This document shows positions 55,901 through 64,000 of a DNA stretch of 64,000 nucleotides, piece by piece. This DNA is from Balanoglossus misakiensis. Its lineage: Eukaryota > Animalia > Hemichordata. Position numbers and translations under genes: made by a program. Numbering within the stretch: the first letter of the stretch is position 1; the number at the start of each line of letters is the position of its first letter. The notes below the pieces were generated by a model that was not told the origin of the DNA, ran no database searches, and saw only the letters and a program-made list of their open reading frames with translations. Location of the stretch: positions 12,008,457 to 12,072,456 of the forward strand of contig CM082591.2 of assembly GCA_040954595.2 (NCBI GenBank), read 5' to 3'.

Positions 55901-58900
55901 GACCTTTGACCCCTTGATCCTTGATCTCCAACTCTTGAACTCTAACCCTTGACCTTTGAACCTTCAACTCTAACCCTTGACCCTTGACCTATTGACCTTA
56001 ACTCCAACTTTGGACTTTTGAACTCTAACCATTGACCTTTGACCCTTGAACTATAACCTTTGACCCATGAACTATATCACGTAATCTCTAATACTTGGCC
56101 ACTGACTCTTGGTCCCTTGACCCTTGACCCTTGCAACTTTGACCCTGAAATCTAACCTTTGACTTTTTGACCCCTTGATCCTTGATCTCATACTCTTGAA
56201 CTCTAAGCCTTGGCCTTTGAACCTTCAACTCTAACCATTGACCCTTGACCTCTTGACTTTAACTCCAACTTTTGACTTTTGAACTCTAACCCTTGACCTT
56301 TGACCCTTGACCTTTGACCCTTGAAATCTAACCTTTGACCCTTGACCCTTTGACCCCTTGATCCTTCATCTCCAATTCTTGAACTCTAACCCTTGACTTT
56401 TGACCTCTTGACCTTAACTCCAACTTTTGAATTCTAACCCTTGACCCTTGACCCTTGCACCTTTGACCCTTGAAATATAACCTTTGATCCTTGATCTCCT
56501 ACTCTTGAACTCTAACCCTTGACCTTTGAACCTTCAACTCTTACCCTTGACTCTTGACCTCTTGACCTTAACTCCAACTTTTGACTTTTGAAATCTAACC
56601 CTTGACCTTTGACCCTTGAAATCTAACCTTTGACCCTTGACACTTTGACCGCTTGATCCTAGATCTCCAACTCTTGAACTCTAACCCTTGACCTTTGAAC
56701 CTTCAACTCTAACCCTTGACTCTTGACCTCTTGACCTTAACTCCAACTTTTGACGTTTGACGTCTAACCCTTGACCTTTGATCCTTGACCTTTGACCCTT
56801 GAAATCTAACCTTTGACTTTTTGACCCCTTGATCCTTGATCTCATACTCTTGAACTCTAAGCCTTGGCCTTTGAACCTTCAACCCTAACCCTTGACCCTT
56901 GACCTCTTGACCTTAACTCCAACCTTTGAACTCTAACCGTTGACCTTTGACCCTTGATCTATAACCTTTTACCCTTGAACTATATCACTTAAACTCTAAT
57001 TCTTGGCCACTGACTCTTGGTCCCTTGACCTTTGACCTTTGACCCTTGCAACTTTGACTTTTGAAATCTAACCGTTGACCCCTTGATCCTTTGACCCCTT
57101 GATCTTTGATCTCCAACTCTTGAACTCTAACCCTTGACCTTTGAACCTTGACCCTTGAAATCTAACCTTTGACCCATGACCCTTTGACCCCATGATCCTT
57201 GATCTCCAACTCTTGAACTCTAATCCTTGACCTTTGAACCTTCAACTAAAACCCTTGACCTCTTGACCTTAACTGCAACTTTTGACTTTTGAACTCTAAC
57301 CCTTGACCTTTGACCCTTGACCTTTGACCATTGAAATCTAATCTTTGACACTTGACCCTTTGACCCCTTGATCCTTGATCTCCAATTCTTGAACTCTAAC
57401 CCTTGACCTTTGAACCTTCAACCTTAACCCTTGACCCTTGACCTCTTGACCTTCACTCCAACCTTTGACTTTTGAACTCTAACCGTTGACCTTTGACCCT
57501 TGAACTATAACCTTTTACCCTTGAACTATATCACTTAAACTCTAATTCTTGGCCACTGACTCTTGGTCCATTGACCCTTGACCTTTGACCCTTGACCCTT
57601 GCAACTTTGACCTTTAAAATCTAACCTTTGACCCCTTGATCCTTTGACCCCTTGATCCTTGATCTCCAACTCTTGAAATCTAACCGTTGACTTTTGACCC
57701 TTGACCTTTGACCCTTGAAATGTAACCTTTGACCTTTGACCCCTTGATCCCTGATCTCCAACTCTTGAACTCTAACCCTTGACTTTTGAACCTTCAACTC
57801 TAACCCTTGACCCTTGACCTCTTGACCTTTACTCCAACTTCAGACTTTTGAAATCTAACCCTTGACCTTTGACCCTTGACCTTTGACCATTGAAATGTAA
57901 CCTTTGACCTTTGACCCCTTGATCCTTGATCTCCAACTCTTGAACTCTAACCCTTGACCTTTGAACCTTCAACTCTAACCCTTGACCCTTGACCTATTGA
58001 CCTTAACTCCAACTTTGGACTTTTGAACTCTAACCATTGACCTTTGACCCTTGAACTATAACTTTTGACCCTTGAACTATATCACGTAATCTCTAATACT
58101 TGGCCACTGACTCTTGGTCCCTTGACCCTTGACCCTTGCAACTTTGACCCTTGAAATCTAACCTTTGACTTCTTGACCCCTTGATCCTTGATCTCATACT
58201 CTTGAACTCTAAGCCTTGGCCTTTGAACCTTCAGCTCTAACCATTGACCCTTGACCTCTTGACTTTAACTCCAACTTTTGACTTTTGAACTCTAACCCTT
58301 GACATTTGACCCTTGACCTTTGACCCTTGAAATCTAACCTTTGACCCTTGACCCTTTGACCCCTTGATCCTTCATCTCCAATTCTTGAACTCTAACCCTT
58401 GACTCTTGACCTTAACTCCAACTTTTGACTTTTGAATTCTAACCCTTGACCCTTGACCCTTGCACCTTTGACCCTTGAAATATAACCTTTGATCCTTGAT
58501 CTCTTACTCTTGAACTCTAACCCTTGACCTTTGAACCTTCAACTCTAACCCTTGACTCTTGACCTCTTGACCTTAACTCCAACTTTTGACTTTTGAAATC
58601 TAACCCTTGACCTTTGACCCTTGAAATCTAACCTTTGACCCTTGACACTTTGACCGCTTGATCCTAGATCTCCAACTTTTGAACTCTAACCCTTGACCTT
58701 TGAACCTTCAACTCTAACCCTTGACTCTTGACCTAAACTCCAAATTTTGACGTTTGACGTCTAACTCTTGACCTTTGATCCTTGACCTTTGACCCTTGAA
58801 ATCTAACCTTTGACTTTTTGACCCCTTGATCCTTGATCTCATACTCTTGAACTCTAAGCCTTGGCCTTTGAACCTTCAACCCTAACCCTTGACCCTTGAC

Positions 58901-60684
58901 CTCTTGACCTTAACTCCAACCTTTGACTTTTGAACTCTAACCGTTGACCTTTGACCCTTGAACTATAACCTTTTACCCTTGAACTATATCACTTAAACTC
59001 TAATTCTTGGCCACTGACTCTTGGTCCCTTGACCCTTGACCCTTTGACCCTTGCAACTTTGACCGTTGAAATCTAACCGTTGACCCCTTGATCCTTTGAC
59101 CCCTTGATCTTTGATCTCCAACTCTTGAACTCTAACCATTGACCTTTGACCCTTGAACTATAACCTTTGACCCTTGAACTATATCACGTAATCTCTAATA
59201 CTTGGCCACTGACTCTTGGTCCCTTGACCCTTGACCCTTGCAACTTTGACCCTTGAAATCTAATCTTTGACCCTTTGACCCCTTGATCCTTGATCTCCAA
59301 CTCTTGAACTCTAATCCTTGACCTTTGAACCTTCAACTCTAACCATTGACCCTTGACCTCTTGACTTTAACTCCAACTTTTGACTTTTGAACTCTAACCC
59401 TTGACCTTTGACCCTTGACCTTTGACCCTTGAAATCTAACATTTGACCCTTGACCCTTTGACCCCTTGATCCTTCATCTCCAATTCTTGAACTCTAACCC
59501 TTGACCCTTGACCCTTGCACCTTTGACCCTTGAAATATAATCTTTGATCCTTGATCTCCTACTCTTGAACTCTAACCTTTGACCTTTGAACCTTCAACTC
59601 TAACCCTTGACTCTTGACCTCTTGACCTTAACTCCAACTTTTGACTTTTGAAATCTAACCCTTGAACTTTGATCCTAGATCTCCAACTCTTGAACTCTAA
59701 CCCTTGACCTTTGAACCTTCAACTCTAACCCTTGACTCTTGACCTCTTGACCTAAACTCCAACTTTTGACGTTTGACGTCTAACCCTTGACCTTTGATCC
59801 TTGACCTTTGACCCTTGAAATCTAACCTTTGACTTTTTGACCCCTTGATCCTTGATCTCATACTCTTGAACTCTAAGCCTTGGCCTTTGAACCTTCAACC
59901 CTAACCCTTGACCCTTGACCTCTTGACCTTAACTCCAACCTTTGACTTTTGAACTCTAACCGTTGACCTTTGACCCTTGAACTATAACCTTTTACCCTTG
60001 AACTATATCACTTAAACTCTAATTCTTGGCCACTGACTCTTTGTCCCTTGACCTTTAACCTTTGACCCTTGACCCTTGCAACTTTGACTTTTGAAATCTA
60101 ACCGTTGACCCCTTGATCCTTTGACCCCTTGATCTTTGATCTCCAACTCTTGAACTCTAACCCTTGACCTTTGACCCTTGAAATCTAACCTTTGACCCAT
60201 GACCATTTGACCCCATGATCATTGATCTCCAACTCTTCAACTCAAACCCTTGACCTCTTGACCTTAACTGCAACTTTTGACTTTTGAACTCTAACCCTTG
60301 ACCTTTGACCATTGAAATCTAACCTTTGACACTTGACCCTTTGACCCCTTGATCCTTGATCTCCAATTCTTGAACTCTAACCCTTGACTCTTGACCTCTT
60401 GACCTTAACTCCAACTTTGGACTTTTGAAATCTAACCCTTGACCTTTTACCCTTGACCTTTGACCCTTGAAATCTAACCTTTGACCCTTGACCCTTTGAC
60501 CCCTTGATCCTTTATCTCAAACTCTTTAACTCTAAGCCTTGACCTTTGAACCTTCAACCCTAACCCTTGACCCTTGACCTCTTGATCTTAACTCCAACCT
60601 TTGACTTTTGAACTCTAACCGTTGACCTTTGACCCTTGAACTATAACCTTTTACCCTTGAACTATATCACTTAAACTCTAATTC
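46995..60684 (+). repeat. Complex C/T-rich subtelomeric satellite (TGACCCT/TGACCTT/GAACTCTAACCCT) with higher-order repeats
   Basis: 6-7-mer motifs run throughout. The rare marker TTGGCCACTGACT occurs at 47482/49487, 48033/50038 and 48941/50945 (period about 2005) and at 48033/52290/56095 (periods 4257 and 3805). Confidence 0.97.
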
Positions 60685-63600
60685 AGGGTTAGGGTTAGGG
60701 TTAGGGTTAGGGTTAGGGTTAGGGTTAGGGTTAGGGTTAGGGTTAGGGTTAGGGTTAGGGTTAGGGTTAGGGTTAGGGTTAGGGTTAGGGTTAGGGTTAG
60801 GGTTAGGGTTAGGGTTAGGGTTAGGGTTAGGGTTAGGGTTAGGGTTAGGGTTAGGGTTAGGGTTAGGGTTAGGGTTAGGGTTAGGGTTAGGGTTAGGGTT
60901 AGGGTTAGGGTTAGGGTTAGGGTTAGGGTTAGGGTTAGGGTTAGGGTTAGGGTCAGGGTCAGGGTCAGGGTCAGGGTCAGGGTCAGGGTCAGGGTCAGGG
61001 TCAGGGTCAGGGTCAGGGTCAGGGTCAGGGTCAGGGTCAGGGTCAGGGTCAGGGTCAGGGTCAGGGTCAGGGTCAGGGTCAGGGTCAGGGTCAGGGTCAG
61101 GGTCAGGGTCAGGGTCAGGGTCAGGGTCAGGGTCAGGGTCAGGGTCAGGGTCAGGGTCAGGGTTAGGGTTAGGGTTAGGGTTAGGGTTAGGGTTAGGGTT
61201 AGGGTTAGGGTTAGGGTTAGGGTTAGGGTTAGGGTTAGGGTTAGGGTTAGGGTTAGGGTTAGGGTTAGGGTTAGGGTTAGGGTTAGGGTTAGGGTTAGGG
61301 TTAGGGTTAGGGTTAGGGTTAGGGTTAGGGTTAGGGTTAGGGTTAGGGTTAGGGTTAGGGTTAGGGTTAGGGTTAGGGTTAGGGTTAGGGTTAGGGTTAG
61401 GGTTAGGGTTAGGGTTAGGGTTAGGGTTAGGGTTAGGGTTAGGGTTAGGGTTAGGGTTAGGGTTAGGGTTAGGGTTAGGGTTAGGGTTAGGGTTAGGGTT
61501 AGGGTTAGGGTTAGGGTTAGGGTTAGGGTTAGGGTTAGGGTTAGGGTTAGGGTTAGGGTTAGGGTTAGGGTTAGGGTTAGGGTTAGGGTTAGGGTTAGGG
61601 TTAGGGTTAGGGTTAGGGTTAGGGTTAGGGTTAGGGTTAGGGTTAGGGTTAGGGTTAGGGTTAGGGTTAGGGTTAGGGTTAGGGTTAGGGTTAGGGTTAG
61701 GGTTAGGGTTAGGGTTAGGGTTAGGGTTAGGGTTAGGGTTAGGGTTAGGGTTAGGGTTAGGGTTAGGGTTAGGGTTAGGGTTAGGGTTAGGGTTAGGGTT
61801 AGGGTTAGGGTTAGGGTTAGGGTTAGGGTTAGGGTTAGGGTTAGGGTTAGGGTTAGGGTTAGGGTTAGGGTTAGGGTTAGGGTTAGGGTTAGGGTTAGGG
61901 TTAGGGTTAGGGTTAGGGTTAGGGTTAGGGTTAGGGTTAGGGTTAGGGTTAGGGTTAGGGTTAGGGTTAGGGTTAGGGTTAGGGTTAGGGTTAGGGTTAG
62001 GGTTAGGGTTAGGGTTAGGGTTAGGGTTAGGGTTAGGGTTAGGGTTAGGGTTAGGGTTAGGGTTAGGGTTAGGGTTAGGGTTAGGGTTAGGGTTAGGGTT
62101 AGGGTTAGGGTTAGGGTTAGGGTTAGGGTTAGGGTTAGGGTTAGGGTTAGGGTTAGGGTTAGGGTTAGGGTTAGGGTTAGGGTTAGGGTTAGGGTTAGGG
62201 TTAGGGTTAGGGTTAGGGTTAGGGTTAGGGTTAGGGTTAGGGTTAGGGTTAGGGTTAGGGTTAGGGTTAGGGTTAGGGTTAGGGTTAGGGTTAGGGTTAG
62301 GGTTAGGGTTAGGGTTAGGGTTAGGGTTAGGGTTAGGGTTAGGGTTAGGGTTAGGGTTAGGGTTAGGGTTAGGGTTAGGGTTAGGGTTAGGGTTAGGGTT
62401 AGGGTTAGGGTTAGGGTTAGGGTTAGGGTTAGGGTTAGGGTTAGGGTTAGGGTTAGGGTTAGGGTTAGGGTTAGGGTTAGGGTTAGGGTTAGGGTTAGGG
62501 TTAGGGTTAGGGTTAGGGTTAGGGTTAGGGTTAGGGTTAGGGTTAGGGTTAGGGTGTTAGGGTTAGGGTTAGGGTTAGGGTTAGGGTTAGGGTTAGGGTT
62601 AGGGTTAGGGTTAGGGTTAGGGTTAGGGTTAGGGTTAGGGTTAGGGTTAGGGTTAGGTTAGGGTTAGGGTTAGGGTTAGGGTTAGGGTTAGGGTTAGGGT
62701 TAGGGTTAGGGTTAGGGTTAGGGTTAGGGTTAGGGTTAGGGTTAGGGTTAGGGTTAGGGTTAGGGTTAGGGTTAGGGTTAGGGTTAGGTGTTGAGTGTTA
62801 GGGTTAGGGTTAGGGTTAGGGTTAGGGTTAGGGTTAGGGTTAGGGTTAGGGTTAGGGGTTAGGGTTAGGGTTAGGGTTAGGGTTAGGGTTAGGGTTAGGG
62901 TGGGGTTAGGTTAGGGTAGGGTTAGGTTAGGGTTAGGGTTAGGGTTAGGGTTAGGGTTAGGGTTAGGGTTAGGGTTAGGGTTAGGGTTAGGGTTAGGGTT
63001 AGGGTTAGGTTAGGGTTAGGGTTAGGGTTAGGGTTAGGGTTAGGGTTAGGGTTAGGGTTAGGGTTAGGGTTAGGGTTAGGGTTAGGGTTAGGTTAGGGTT
63101 AGGGTTAGGGTTAGGGTTAGGGTTAGGGTTTAGGGTTAGGTTAGGGTTAGGGTTAGGGTTAGGGTTAGGGTTAGGGTTAGGGTTAGGGTTAGGGTTAGGG
63201 TTAGGGTTAGGGTTAGGGTTAGGGTTAGGGTTAGGGTTAGGGTTAGGGTTAGGGTTAGGGTTAGGGTTAGGGTTAGGGTTAGGGTTAGGGTTAGGGTTAG
63301 GGTTAGGGTTAGGGTTAGGGTTAGGGTTAGGGTTAGGGTTAGGGTTAGGTTAGGGTTAGGGTTAGGGTTAGGGTTAGGGTTAGGGTTAGGGTTAGGGTTA
63401 GGGTTAGGTTAGGGTTAGGGTTAGGGTTAGGGTTAGGGTTAGGGTTAGGGTTAGGGTTAGGGTTAGGGTTAGGGTTAGGGTTAGGGTTAGGGTTAGGGTT
63501 AGGGTTAGGGTTAGGGTTAGGGTTAGGGTTAGGGTTAGGGTTAGGGTTAGGGTTAGGGTTAGGGTTAGGGTTAGGGTTAGGGTTAGGGTTAGGGTTAGGG

Positions 63601-63984
63601 TTAGGGTTAGGGTTAGGGTTAGGGTTAGGGTTAGGGTTAGGGTTAGGGTTAGGGTTAGGGTTAGGGTTAGGGTTAGGGTTAGGGTTAGGGTTAGGGTTAG
63701 GGTTAGGGTTAGGGTTAGGGTTAGGGTTAGGGTTAGGGTTAGGGTTAGGGTTAGGGTTAGGGTTAGGGTTAGGGTTGGGTTAGGTTTAGGGTTAGGGTTA
63801 GGGTTAGGGTTAGGGTTAGGGTTAGGGTTAGGGTTAGGGTTAGGGTTAGGTTAGGGTTAGGGTTAGGGTTAGGGTTAGGGTTGGGTTAGGGTGAGGGTAG
63901 GGTAGGGTTAGGGTTAGGGTTAGGGGGGTTAGGGTGGGGGGTTAGGGGTAGGGGGTAGGTTAGGGTTAGGGGTTAGGGTTAGGG
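60685..63984 (+). repeat. Telomere (TTAGGG)n, about 3.3 kb, right chromosome end
   Basis: Perfect TTAGGG repeats with the G-rich strand running 5'->3' toward the window end. Scattered indels appear from about 62555 onward. Confidence 0.99.
60953..61162 (+). repeat. Pure telomere-variant block (TCAGGG)35
   Basis: 210 bp of uninterrupted TCAGGG, in register, between 44 perfect proximal TTAGGG (60689-60952) and the distal TTAGGG tract. Confidence 0.95.
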
Positions 63985-64000
63985 ACCCCCCCCCCCCCCG

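Noticed and set aside
60012-60206. 64-aa minus ORF in the complex satellite
   Set aside because: It is a translation of simple repeats.
62555-64000. Distal telomere variants and terminal poly-C
   Set aside because: Irregularities increase toward the contig end, as expected from low-coverage consensus errors. The final A-C14-G is probably a read-end or adapter artefact.

Overview
This is a eukaryotic, probably marine-invertebrate, right-hand chromosome end with no intact gene. Five blocks run left to right. (1) 1-39547: about 50 near-identical head-to-tail copies of a 787-800 bp unit. (2) 39548-~41330: single-copy exon/intron DNA. (3) ~41380-46990: an AT-rich ~628 bp tandem repeat that decays distally. 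(4) ~46995-60684: a 13.7 kb C-rich complex satellite of TGACC(C/T)T-type 6-7-mers with 2.0 kb and 3.8-4.3 kb higher-order periods. (5) 60685-63984: a (TTAGGG)n telomere containing a pure block of 35 TCAGGG. The main result is that the ~795 bp unit is made of pieces of a host gene. It carries two spliceosomal-type exons resembling the C-terminal part of Integrator subunit 1 (INTS1), in scrambled order. The last copy continues in frame into two further INTS1-like exons in the unique DNA, one with a premature stop. Every monomer junction holds a short CCCTAA telomeric seed that is absent where the last copy runs into unique DNA. The telomere is attached at single-nucleotide resolution inside a satellite monomer of opposite strand polarity, consistent with de novo healing. 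The INTS1 assignment rests on my recollection of the human protein and needs a database search.
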